Below are positions 46,425 through 55,737 of a DNA stretch of 64,000 bases, piece by piece; position 1 is the stretch's first letter, and each line of letters begins with the position of its first letter. The notes beneath the pieces are model-generated. The model saw nothing but the letters and a program-made list of their open reading frames with translations. It was not told the origin of the DNA and searched no databases. This DNA comes from Thermoplasmata archaeon (GTDB lineage: Archaea > Thermoplasmatota > Thermoplasmata > RBG-16-68-12 > JAJISG01), in NCBI GenBank assembly GCA_046758325.1, contig JBHHZZ010000001.1, positions 17,016 through 81,015 of the forward strand, in the 5' to 3' direction. The position numbers were made by a program, and so were the translations under genes.

Positions 46425-47673
46425 GGCCCAGCTCCGCCCTCATTCTCCCGACATCCTCCCTCAGGACCTCTATGTCCACCGTCCTAAGCGCCGCATCCTC
46501 GACCACGTGAGCGCCGGAAACCACGACGTGCCTCACCTGAGCGCCCTCCGCCACATATACGAGGTAGGATATGATTTCTTCCGGCCCCGTAGGTAGGGAT
46601 ATGCGCCGTTGGGGGTCCAGGACGACCACGTCCGCAACCCTCCCCTCCTCCAGGCTTCCTCCATCGAGACCGAGACACTCCGACGATCTCACGGTGAAGA
46701 GGTCCAAGATGAGCTGCGCGGGGACCGCAGCGGCGTCCCACCTGTTCCCCTTGTGGAGGCTGCCACAGAGCCTCATGTGATGGAAGGGGTCCAGGGTCCC
46801 ACAGAGGAAGGGCGAGTCCGTTCCGATCCCCACGGCGAGGCCCTCGTGGAGCATCTCCTGGAGGGGCATGGGCCCTCCCGCACCCGTCATCTGGTTGGAA
46901 GCTGGACAGTGAATGACTTTGACCTCGGCTCGGGACAGGGATCGGATCTCGTTGAGCGTGAGCCAGATACAGTGGAGGGCGATGAGGTCCGCCGATAGGA
47001 GTTGCCCCTTTGCCAGCCACTCCACGGGCCTCGCGCCCGTCTCCCTCTGAAAACGATAGACGGCTGTCCTGGTCTCTGAGAGGGGGACGCACCACCTCGT
47101 TCCGTACTTCCTGGCCAGATCCCTCACGGCCTCGGCCTGACTCAGATTCCCGGTTCCGACAAGCGGGACTATCCTCTCCCGGCTTTTGAAGCGGCTCAGG
47201 TATTGCTCGCAGGCATCCAGGTCCTCCGCCGCTTCTCCCACATCCCACGCCAGGAAACCCCGCATGCCCACATGGGCAACGGCCCGGGACACCTCATCCT
47301 CCCAGGTGAAGAGGTCCAGGAAACTCGTGGTCCCACTCTGCAGCATCTGCGCAGCGGCAAGGGCTGCAGCCATCTGGACATCCCGACGGGTCAGCCTCTC
47401 CCTCAAGGCCTCCATCTTTCGGTGGGCCGACTCAGGGGAGAGATCCTTCGGCGGGCCCAGGAGGGTGTGGGCGACCCGGGTGTATCCGTTGACCAGGCCC
47501 GGCAGGACCAAGCAGCCCGAGGCGTCAATCACCGAGTCGGCGGATCGGTCGGGACCCGCCACTTCCACGATCTTGTCCCCCTCCACGTACAGGTTTCCCT
47601 CAAGCACCCTACGAGACTGGTCCTGGGTGACGAGCAGGCCGTTCTTGATCAGGATCGACACTCCTCGAGCCAT
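46405..47673 (-). CDS. Amidohydrolase-superfamily (MtaD/SAH-deaminase-like) protein with a substituted N-terminal HxH metal motif
   Basis: LPGLVNGYTRVAHTLL where LPGLVNTHTHAAMTLL is expected; downstream HCIWL and GIGTDSP ligands are retained. Confidence 0.6.
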   Translation of the reverse strand: MARGVSILIKNGLLVTQDQSRRVLEGNLYVEGDKIVEVAGPDRSADSVIDASGCLVLPGLVNGYTRVAHTLLGPPKDLSPESAHRKMEALRERLTRRDVQMAAALAAAQMLQSGTTSFLDLFTWEDEVSRAVAHVGMRGFLAWDVGEAAEDLDACEQYLSRFKSRERIVPLVGTGNLSQAEAVRDLARKYGTRWCVPLSETRTAVYRFQRETGARPVEWLAKGQLLSADLIALHCIWLTLNEIRSLSRAEVKVIHCPASNQMTGAGGPMPLQEMLHEGLAVGIGTDSPFLCGTLDPFHHMRLCGSLHKGNRWDAAAVPAQLILDLFTVRSSECLGLDGGSLEEGRVADVVVLDPQRRISLPTGPEEIISYLVYVAEGAQVRHVVVSGAHVVEDAALRTVDIEVLREDVGRMRAELGHEDSWR

Positions 47674-47683
47674 CTTGAGTCCC

Positions 47684-47693
47684 GTATATAAGG
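47684..47693 (+). promoter_or_regulatory. TATA box (gtatataagg) upstream of the ATL-EndoV gene
   Basis: Only AT-rich element in the spacer; about 135 nt upstream of the ATG at 47826. Confidence 0.35.
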
Positions 47694-47825
47694 TCTGAGA
47701 GAGGAGGCAAACCAGTGGGGATTTGAACTCCGCCCGGTGGAGGACTACGGCCCAGCCCGCTTCTCGCCTTGCTGTCCCTTATCGGATGGGCGTGAGAGTT
47801 TAAGCTCCCTAGCCGATAGTCCATC

Positions 47826-48752
47826 GTGGACTTCCAGCATGAGCTCCAGAGACTCTTGGACCAGGTGCCGCCGGGCCGAGTGACATCCTTCAAGGCCCTG
47901 GGAGAGGCGCTGGGAGATGCGAGGGCCGCCAAGGCCATCTTTCAGATTCTCAGGGACGAGAGGCCCCGGGGTTGGCATCGGGTGGTAAGGTCTGACGGAA
48001 GCCTCTCCTTTCCTGAAGCCTCTCGAACGCTGAGGACTGAGGGAGTCAGCGTGTCGGCTGACCGGGTCGGTGGGTTCCAGCAGTCCATGTTTGCGGAGTT
48101 CGACTCCCCGAGGCCCTTGGAGAGACTGCGCGAGGAGCAGAGGGCCCTCTCCCGAAGGGTAGTTCTGGAAGACCTCTTCGGAGAGCTTGCGACCGTGGCG
48201 GGGTTCGACGTCTCCTACGAGGGACAACGGGCATATGCAGCCGCCGTTGTGCTGGATTGGCCTGACCTCGGAGTCGTGGAAGAGGCGACCGTCAGAACCC
48301 GTGCATCCTTCCCCTACATCTCCACCTATCTCGCGTACCGGGAGTTTGAGCCCATCGCCCGCTGTTATCGACGTCTTCAACGCGAGCCGTCCCTCATCCT
48401 GGTGGACGGAAACGGCGTCCTGCACCCGGCATCCTTCGGTATCGCCTGCCTCACAGGCGTCAAGCTGGACAGGCCCACCATCGGGGTCGCCAAGAGCCTG
48501 CTGATGGGGACCCTTGAGGCCGTCCCCATGAAGCAGGGGGAGGTGTCACCCGTCGCCCACCGGGGAAGGGTCCTGGGCTATGCCTACAAGTCGGCCAGAC
48601 AGGGAAAGCCCATCTACATCTCACCGGGGCACAAGGTCAGCCCTCAGACCGCAGTGAGACTGGTGAAAGGCCTATGCAGGGACAGGATTCCGGAGGCCCT
48701 GCGCCTGGCTCACCTGGCCTCTCGGCGGCTGAAGAGGGAGAGGGCGGCCTAG
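47826..48752 (+). CDS. nfi: Alkyltransferase-like (ATL/MGMT DNA-binding) domain fused to endonuclease V
   Basis: N-terminal ...AKAIFQILRDERPRGWHRVVRSDGSL has Trp in place of the MGMT active-site Cys. C-terminal GFDVSY...AAAVVLD...LVDGNGVLHPASFGIACLTGVKLDRPTIGVAKSLL is endonuclease V. Confidence 0.7.
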   Translation: MDFQHELQRLLDQVPPGRVTSFKALGEALGDARAAKAIFQILRDERPRGWHRVVRSDGSLSFPEASRTLRTEGVSVSADRVGGFQQSMFAEFDSPRPLERLREEQRALSRRVVLEDLFGELATVAGFDVSYEGQRAYAAAVVLDWPDLGVVEEATVRTRASFPYISTYLAYREFEPIARCYRRLQREPSLILVDGNGVLHPASFGIACLTGVKLDRPTIGVAKSLLMGTLEAVPMKQGEVSPVAHRGRVLGYAYKSARQGKPIYISPGHKVSPQTAVRLVKGLCRDRIPEALRLAHLASRRLKRERAA

Positions 48753-48787
48753 ACCACCTTTAATAGCCCTTTGAGGATTGATGGAGC

Positions 48788-49693
48788 GTGAGGTTCCTCG
48801 TGTTCGGGGCGGGGGCCCTGGGTAGCCTTGTGGGAGGCCTGCTGTCCCAAAGGCATGAGGTCGTGCTCGCAGGACGAAGACCCCATGTGATGGCGATACG
48901 CCGCAAGGGCCTGAGAATCACCGGGCGGACAGAACTCCTCGTGAAACCCCACTCGGTAGAGGACATCTCCGACGTGCCCACTCCCGACGTCATCCTGCTG
49001 ACGGTGAAGGCCTACGATACGCCACAGGCCGTCGACGCACTGGAACCCTTCTGGAGGACATCCATCTTCCTGTCCCTGCAGAACGGCCTGGGAAACGAGG
49101 ACGTGCTGGCAGCGAGGGTGGAGCGGGTCCTCGGAGGGGTAACCAACCACGGGGTGACCTTCCTCGGACCGGGGGAGGTGTACCATGCGGGGGTTGGAGA
49201 GACCTATGTGGGTCCCTACAAGGGCACGGTCCCGCAGGACGGTGCCGAGGTTGTGAAGGCCTTCCGGGAGTCCGGCATGCCCGCCAGCCTGGTGGAGGAC
49301 ATAGGGAGGGAGCTCTGGCTCAAGGCTTTGCTGAACGCCTGCATCAACCCCCTGACCGGGCTTCTGAGGGTGAGGAATGGATACATCCTGGAGAGGGATG
49401 CTCTGAGGGATTCCGTAGGGATGATCGTCGAGGAAGGCATCAAGGTGGCCCACAGCTACGGAATCCACCTGGAGAGGGATGAGGTCTTGGAGAGGGTCTG
49501 GACCGTCGCCAAGGCTACGGCGGAGAACAGGTCCAGCATGCTGCAGGACCTGGAGAGGGGACGGGGGACGGAAGTGGACGCCATCAACGGGGCCATCGTG
49601 GAATTGGGGAGGGCCAAAGGTGTGAGCTGCAGGGTGAACTCCCTGCTGACCCTTCTGGTCAAGGCCGCAGAGCAAGCGTCCGGGGTCAGATGA
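48788..49693 (+). CDS. panE: 2-dehydropantoate 2-reductase
   Basis: MRFLVFGAGALGSLVGGLL Rossmann N-terminus with a KPR C-domain. Confidence 0.7.
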   Translation: MRFLVFGAGALGSLVGGLLSQRHEVVLAGRRPHVMAIRRKGLRITGRTELLVKPHSVEDISDVPTPDVILLTVKAYDTPQAVDALEPFWRTSIFLSLQNGLGNEDVLAARVERVLGGVTNHGVTFLGPGEVYHAGVGETYVGPYKGTVPQDGAEVVKAFRESGMPASLVEDIGRELWLKALLNACINPLTGLLRVRNGYILERDALRDSVGMIVEEGIKVAHSYGIHLERDEVLERVWTVAKATAENRSSMLQDLERGRGTEVDAINGAIVELGRAKGVSCRVNSLLTLLVKAAEQASGVR

Positions 49694-50792
49694 CCTGCAG
49701 GTCTCGGGTGTACTCGTCGAACCTCTTGGCCTTCCCGCTGTGCATGTAGACGATGTTCTCTATCCTGACCCCGAACCTCCCGGCCAGGTATATGCCTGGC
49801 TCCACACTGAAGGTCATCCCGTTCTCTAGGGGCCTCCGGTTTCCCTGGACGATGTAGGGCTCCTCGTGTACCTCGAGGCCGATGCCGTGACCCGTCCTGT
49901 GGATGCACCTGTCCCCGTAACCGCCGTCGGCGATAGTCTTTCGTGCCGCCTGGTCCACGGCCTCAGCCGGCGTCCCTGAGGTAGCCGCCTCCACGGCCGC
50001 CTCGTTGGCCTCTCTGACTAAATCGTAGACCTCCCTCTGCTCATCGTTCGCGAAGCCCAGGAAGACCGTGCGGGTGATGTCGGTGTAGTAGCCACCGAAG
50101 ACGCCGCCGAAGTCCAGCACCACCGCGTCTCCCCGGCGAAGGCGGCGGTCGCCGTACCTGTAGTGAGGCTGGGAGCCATTGGGGCCCGATGAGGCTATCG
50201 GCATGAAGGAGGTAGCATCTGCACCGCGCTCCATCACGGCCGACTGTATCAGCGATGCCGCTTGGCGCTCCGTCATCCCCTCCTTCAGCGAGCTTACCAC
50301 CATCTCCATGGCCTTGTCCGTGGCCCTGAAGCCCCTCCTCATGGCCTCAATCTCCTCCTCCCCTTTGACGATCCTGAGCTCATCCATGACGATACATGCG
50401 TCCGCGAACGCTGCCCTGGGCAAGGCCTCCCGGAACATGAGGACGAATCGGGCCCACATCCTGGTGTCCAGGGCCACCTTTTTCCCACCTTCGTCGAGTT
50501 CCTTCAGGGCCTCCGACAGCAGCCTCAGGGGGTCCTCCGCGTCCCGCCACACCCGCATGTCCTCTATCCAGGAAGCCCTCGCCACCTGTTCCTCGTAGAG
50601 CTCCGGGACTATGAAGAGCGGGTCTCCCTCCAGGGGGAGGAGGGCCGTGAGTAGCCTCTCCCCAGGCTCCTCCCGGAAGCCCGTCATGTAGGTCATGTTG
50701 GGACCCGGAGTGAGGACCATCAGGTCCACCCCGGTCTCGCCCAGGAGTTCCCGGCAGCGCCTCCATCTCTTCAGGTATACTCGCCTCTCCAT
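49686..50792 (-). CDS. M24-family Xaa-Pro aminopeptidase/dipeptidase
   Basis: HRTGHGIGLEVHEEP...FSVEPGIY...GVRIEN. Confidence 0.75.
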   Translation of the reverse strand: MERRVYLKRWRRCRELLGETGVDLMVLTPGPNMTYMTGFREEPGERLLTALLPLEGDPLFIVPELYEEQVARASWIEDMRVWRDAEDPLRLLSEALKELDEGGKKVALDTRMWARFVLMFREALPRAAFADACIVMDELRIVKGEEEIEAMRRGFRATDKAMEMVVSSLKEGMTERQAASLIQSAVMERGADATSFMPIASSGPNGSQPHYRYGDRRLRRGDAVVLDFGGVFGGYYTDITRTVFLGFANDEQREVYDLVREANEAAVEAATSGTPAEAVDQAARKTIADGGYGDRCIHRTGHGIGLEVHEEPYIVQGNRRPLENGMTFSVEPGIYLAGRFGVRIENIVYMHSGKAKRFDEYTRDLQVI

Positions 50793-50937
50793 GGGATACC
50801 CCCGGTCAGCGGGGGGAACAAAGCAACAGGCCTATTTCTCCTTTCCCGATTCTGAACCTGGTGGACAGATGAGAGAGACAAAGCCTTTATAAGGAGTCTC
50901 AAAATATAGGTGGAGCAGCGGAAACGTTTTTATCCGC

Positions 50938-51501
50938 GTGGGAGGAAGAGGTTTGGCCAAGATAAAAATAGAGAATGTTGTGGCATCGACCTCCCTGGGG
51001 GGCGAGCTAGATCTGCAGGCCATCGCCCTCGCCCTCGGAGGAGCTGAGTACGAGCCAGAGCAGTTTCCGGGGCTCATATACCGACTCAAGGAGCCCAAGA
51101 CCGCCACCCTTCTCTTCAGGAGCGGGAAGGTGGTGTGCACCGGAGCCAAGAGCCTCGAGCATGTCAGAATTGCGATTCAGACCGTGGCCAAGCAGATAGA
51201 GGCTGCGGGCATCAAGATAGACAAGAATCCAGACATCGAGGTCCAGAACATAGTCGCATCCTCGGACCTGGGTCAGGAGATCAACCTCAACGCCATCGCC
51301 ATCAGTCTCGGGCTCGAGAGGGTGGAGTACGAGCCTGAGCAGTTTCCTGGATTGGTCTACCGGCTGGACGTCCCCAAGGTAGTCGTCCTTCTCTTTGGTA
51401 GCGGCAAGCTCGTCTGCACCGGCGCCCGAAAGCCCCAGGACGTCGAAAGAGCTGTGGAGAGGATTACGGAGGAGCTGCAGGCGGCGGGGCTTCTCAGGTA
51501 A
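50938..51501 (+). CDS. tbp: TATA-box binding protein
   Basis: IENVVAS...AEYEPEQFPGLIYR repeated twice. GTG start at 50938, or TTG at 50953 preceded by GGAGG; TATA elements at 50885-50907. Confidence 0.85.
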   Translation: MGGRGLAKIKIENVVASTSLGGELDLQAIALALGGAEYEPEQFPGLIYRLKEPKTATLLFRSGKVVCTGAKSLEHVRIAIQTVAKQIEAAGIKIDKNPDIEVQNIVASSDLGQEINLNAIAISLGLERVEYEPEQFPGLVYRLDVPKVVVLLFGSGKLVCTGARKPQDVERAVERITEELQAAGLLR

Positions 51502-51518
51502 CCAAGGGTGCGCAGGCC

Positions 51519-52388
51519 TTGTTCGAGCCCGGCAAGCTGCTGCGCGGCATACCCATCACCGACGATCACATTCACCTCAGGCCCGAAGGCCGAATGGTGG
51601 AGGCAGTCAGGGAGTTTCACCGCCAAGGAGGAACCCGCCTGCTGCTCGTCCACACCCCGTACGAGGACCTGATGGCTGCCAGGGTGGGCAGTTTCGAGGC
51701 TGGGTACCAGAGGACTCTTTCCATAGCGAAGCGGGTGCGGGAGAGGGGAGGGGTGGAGATTCACGTCGCCCTGGGGCCCCATCCCGTGGAACTCCTCGCC
51801 CTGGAGGAGGCCGTGGGTCTGGAGAGGGCCGTGGACACGATGAGGTCTGGCCTAGAAGCTGCTTCTCGCCACGTCGTCGACGGACAGGCCATCGCCATAG
51901 GGGAGATAGGGAGACCCCACTTCCCGGTGGACAAGACAATCTGGAAGCACTCAAACGAGCTGATGGCCCACGGGATGCAGCTTGCCAAGGAGGCGGGGTG
52001 CGCCGTCATACTTCACACCGAGGAGGCCACGCCGGGGACCTTCAAGGAACTGGCTGAAACGGCGGACGCCGTGGGGATACCTCGCGGGAAGGTGGTTAAG
52101 CACCACTCTGCCCCTCTCGTTCTCCAGGAGGAGAACCACGGCATCTTTCCCTCCGTGATAGCCAAGGGGGACAATCTGCTGAGGGCGGCCAGAAAGGATC
52201 TGAGGTTCTTGACGGAGACGGACTACCTGGATGACCCAGAGAGGCCCGGAGCTGTTCTTGGACCAGGAACCGTTCCCAGGCGCTGTGCTCGACTCCTGCA
52301 GAAGGGCATCCTCTCAAGGGAGGATCTCCATAAAATTCACGAGGACAACGTGCGTCATGTCTACGGAGCGCGGTTTACCTCCGAATGA
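51519..52388 (+). CDS. TatD-related metal-dependent hydrolase
   Basis: DDHIHL...IGEIG...ILHTEEA...KHH matches the TIM-barrel amidohydrolase/TatD pattern. Confidence 0.5.
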   Translation: MFEPGKLLRGIPITDDHIHLRPEGRMVEAVREFHRQGGTRLLLVHTPYEDLMAARVGSFEAGYQRTLSIAKRVRERGGVEIHVALGPHPVELLALEEAVGLERAVDTMRSGLEAASRHVVDGQAIAIGEIGRPHFPVDKTIWKHSNELMAHGMQLAKEAGCAVILHTEEATPGTFKELAETADAVGIPRGKVVKHHSAPLVLQEENHGIFPSVIAKGDNLLRAARKDLRFLTETDYLDDPERPGAVLGPGTVPRRCARLLQKGILSREDLHKIHEDNVRHVYGARFTSE

Positions 52389-52650
52389 AGAAGTCCTCGA
52401 ACTCCCCCTCATAGTCCTCCCAGGAAACCTTGGCCTCGGTGACCCTGGCATAGGGCTGACGGGTCCGGCACCAGTCGACGAGCTCCTCCACCCTATCCTT
52501 GGATCCCTCCAAAACGGCCTCCACGGAGCCATCCCTCAGGTTCCTGACCCAGCCCACGACTCCCAACTCCTCCGCCTTCCGGCGGGTGTTGTCTCTGAAG
52601 AAGACCCCCTGAACCCTTCCGAGGAAGATGACATGAGCCCGAACATTCAT
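52375..52650 (-). CDS. acyP: Acylphosphatase
   Basis: VRAHVIFLGRVQGVFFR...GWVRNLRDGSVEAVLEG. Confidence 0.7.
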   Translation of the reverse strand: MNVRAHVIFLGRVQGVFFRDNTRRKAEELGVVGWVRNLRDGSVEAVLEGSKDRVEELVDWCRTRQPYARVTEAKVSWEDYEGEFEDFFIRR

Positions 52651-52708
52651 CGCAAAGTTCAAGGATGAACATACATATGATTGTGTCGGCGCCCCCCAAG
52701 CTCATATA

Positions 52709-53899
52709 TTGATGGCGCGTAGGGAGACCCTTCGGACAGTGACGCAGATGAGAAGCCGGACCATTCTTGACTTCAGGGTCAAAGACCTCATGTCCACCAA
52801 GCCTGTGACGGCCAAGCCCGACGAGGATGTCTCAGAGATCATGGGGAAGATGAAGAAGTACGATGTACACGATGTCCCCGTCATCCAGGGAAGAAGACTC
52901 TTGGGGACGGTATCCTACAGCACCCTTCTGAAGAGAAGGAACCTGCCCATGACGACCAGGATCGACAGCCTTCTCATGAGACCTCCGAAGGTCGGGGAGG
53001 AGGACGACCTCCCCCATATCGCTGAAATCCTCATGTCTTCGGGTTACAGGGCCCTGCCGGTGGTCAGAGACGACACCCTGGTGGGCATCATCTCTAGGAC
53101 AGATGTGGTGAGGGCTATCGCCGAGGCAGAGGAGTTTTCCGGCCTGGAGATAAGCGCCATCATGACGCCGGACCCCCAGGTCGTGAGGGAGGAAGATACC
53201 ATCCTCAGGGCCCGGGAGATGATGAGGGCGCTGGACGAAAGGGCGATTCCTGTTGTGAACGAGGCGGGAAGGGTTACGGGAGTCGTTGGTCTCAAGGACC
53301 TAGTAGAGGTCCTCACCAGGCCTAGGAAGAAGGCCACCACCGGCGATGTGTCTGGGGAGAAGACCCCCGTGGAGGCGGAGGTAAAGGGTTTCATGAGCGT
53401 ACCGCCGATAACCGTGAGACCTGAAGAGAGCGTGGCAGAGGCGGCCAGGCTCATGGAGGAGTTCGGCATCTCCAGCGTTGTGGTGGTAGAGGATGGAAAG
53501 CCTGTAGGGATCGTCACCCAGGTAGACCTTCTGGAACACGTAGCGGCCCTGAAGGGGAGGGAGGAGGTCTTCGTCCAGATAAGCGGGTTGGATGAGGAGG
53601 ACTGGTGGACCTACGAGAGCCTCTACTCCGTCATCGGAAGGGGGCTTCGAAGGATAGCCAGCATAGTGAGGCCCACCATCTTCAGCGTCCACGTTGTGAC
53701 CCATCGGAGCGGGGGCGACAGGGCCAAGTATTCCATCGGGGCAAGGCTCACCACGGAGAACGGCCTGTACATCGCCAGAGACTACGACTGGGACCCCAAC
53801 ATGGCCATGCACAAGGTCATGAATCAGCTGGAGCGGCGCATCAAGAAGGAGAAAGAGCTGAAGGTAGGGCTGAAGAAGAGTCACAGAGACAAGGGCTAG
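52709..53899 (+). CDS. Four-CBS-domain protein fused to a C-terminal HPF/RaiA (ribosome hibernation factor)-like domain
   Basis: Two CBS pairs; C-terminal VQISGLDE...IFSVHVVTHRSGGDRAKYSIGARLTTENGLYIARDYDWDPNMAMHKVMNQLERRIKKEKE parallels the S30AE/HPF fold. Confidence 0.5.
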   Translation: MMARRETLRTVTQMRSRTILDFRVKDLMSTKPVTAKPDEDVSEIMGKMKKYDVHDVPVIQGRRLLGTVSYSTLLKRRNLPMTTRIDSLLMRPPKVGEEDDLPHIAEILMSSGYRALPVVRDDTLVGIISRTDVVRAIAEAEEFSGLEISAIMTPDPQVVREEDTILRAREMMRALDERAIPVVNEAGRVTGVVGLKDLVEVLTRPRKKATTGDVSGEKTPVEAEVKGFMSVPPITVRPEESVAEAARLMEEFGISSVVVVEDGKPVGIVTQVDLLEHVAALKGREEVFVQISGLDEEDWWTYESLYSVIGRGLRRIASIVRPTIFSVHVVTHRSGGDRAKYSIGARLTTENGLYIARDYDWDPNMAMHKVMNQLERRIKKEKELKVGLKKSHRDKG

Positions 53900-53919
53900 G
53901 GGATGCCATTGCTCGAAGC

Positions 53920-54284
53920 CTCGTGATACGCTTCCCCGTGGGAAGACGAAGGCGGAGCTGACGGGAGAGAACCCTAGGACGGCGGAGGCGATCTGGGCCC
54001 GCCTGCCCATCGACGGCAAAGCCCTGCGTTGGGGGAAGGAGGTCTACTTCTACGTGGACTTCGACCTGCCTCGGGAGAACGGGCGGGAGGTCCTGAAGGT
54101 GGGGGAAGTGGGCTACTGGCCTGAGGGCAAGGCCGTCGCCATCTTCTTCGGGCCGACGCCTTCAAGCCGCGGGGAGGAGCCAAGAGCGTACTCGGAAGTG
54201 AACGTCTTCGCCCGCCTCGTGGACGATCCTATGATACTCGACGCTGTGCGAGAGGGCGAGAGAGTGGAAATCCGTCAGGGATAG
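53920..54284 (+). pseudogene. Cyclophilin-like (PF04126-type) small protein with an apparent frameshift near 53940
   Basis: Frame A reads V(GTG)IRFPVGRRRRS* to 53960. Frame B, open from 53874 and lacking a canonical start, reads KTKAELTGENPRTAEAIWARLPIDGKALRWGKEVYFYVDFDLPRENG...GYWPEGKAVAIFFGPTP...VNVFARL; the joined product resembles the complete family. Confidence 0.35.
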
Positions 54285-54289
54285 GAAGG

Positions 54290-55584
54290 TCAGAGCTGTT
54301 TGAACTCCCTGGTGAGAAGGGCTCTCTGCCTCTCCACCAAGGCGAGAAGGTCGATGGGTATGATGAGCTTCGCACCCGTGGACGGTACGGTGTCCTTCAG
54401 GGTCTGGAGGAGCTTCATCACCTCGGTAAAGCTGTTCTGGACGAAGAGGTACTCCACGCCGTCCAGAAGCACGACTCCCTTCTCCTCCCTGGACAGGAAC
54501 TTGTCGATCCTGTCCGCCAAGGATTCCAGGGAACTGACGGCTTCCTTTTCCTTCGCCTGTCCGTTGGTGAGCCAGTAGACCTTCGCACCTTCCAGGTCCC
54601 AGCTTCCCTTCAGCTTGTCAGGATAGGTGCGGGTTATGCATAGCCCGCTATGCCCCTTCTTCAGCTCTTGGGCGAAAACCTTGAGGGCCTTGTTCTGCCC
54701 CTGGGTAACCAGGTAGGCCTCTCCAGGCTCGAGCTCGGGGGGCTTCTCCGACCTCGACCCGTCAGCCCTCATGTCCCGGCCCTGGAAGCCGTTCCTCCTC
54801 TTTTTCACGTGCCGAGCTGCGATGTAGAGGCCCACGAGGGACGTCATGAACAGCAGGAGAAACATGGTGGCGGCCCTGTCCTGGGAGTCCTCCGCGAAGG
54901 CGGTGCCCACGCTGAAGCTGGAGGTTGCGGCCACCTCCTTGACCCCTCCATAGGTCGCGACAACGTAGAGGTCCTGTCCCACCCCCGACACCGGCCACAC
55001 GCTTGAGGCCCTTCCCTCGGGGGTCGGGAACCTGCTTTCGGCGAAGACCAAGTCACCAGGTGACCTGTACCACTGGAAACTGACCTCCTCCAGGAGGGTG
55101 GCGTTTCCCGCGTATGTCAGGATGGCGGTGGCGGTGGCCGTCCCTCCGGGGTCGACGACGGGACTGCCTAACTCCAGCCGGATGTCCATCACCACGGCCA
55201 TGTCCTCGGGATTGAAGGCCTCAAAGGACAGGTTGTAGGCCAGGGATGTGGCGTCTGATGTCAAGACGACGTCTAGGTAGTAGACGCCTGTCGTCGGCAG
55301 GAGCAGGGTGGAAGAGGCTGAGGCCGAGCGGGGTCCCTCAGTGTCTAGGATGGCGGACTCCACGGTCACATTTCCATCCGGGAGGAACCATCGGAAGGTC
55401 ACGGTGTCGGTCCCATCGGGCGTGGAGGAGTAGGAGGCCATCGCCCTGGCCGTAGCGGTCATCCCTCTCACGTATGCGGGGGAGTCCATAGAGGCGTAGA
55501 TGGCCTCAGGACTGGCGGTGCCGCCTGGAATCAGCGAGAGGGAAAGCAGACTCAGGACTAGGAGGAAGGGGTACAGCCCTTTCA
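54290..55584 (-). CDS. Membrane receptor-like protein: signal peptide, extracellular domain, one TM, cytoplasmic DUF835 (degenerate KaiC/RecA-like) domain
   Basis: MKGLYPFLLVLSLLSLSLIPG signal; TM MFLLLFMTSLVGLYIAARH; C-terminal GLCITRTYPDKL...VYWLT...VVLLDGVEYL...KLIIPIDL matches the DUF835 pattern. Confidence 0.5.
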
Positions 55585-55737
55585 TTGACTCGGACGAAGC
55601 CATCGAAGGGTCTGCTTAAATCCCTAATGCAACCATTTTCTTTCTTGATTCCATCTATCGATATCGACCGTTAGGCGTGAGAGAACCGGAGCTCGGAGGC
55701 TTTAAGACGGCGTATCCCTTCAAACCCCTGGAAGACC

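Noticed and set aside
47711-47760. Possible complete tRNA around GGAGTTCAAATCCCC
   Set aside because: The T-stem has two mismatches and no complementary acceptor 5' strand exists on either strand
48749-52057. Long antisense ORFs (48749-49675, 50380-50766, 51395-52057, 51607-51954)
   Set aside because: They overlap panE, the M24 peptidase, tbp and the TatD-like gene on the other strand, and have Arg/Gly/Pro-rich artefact composition
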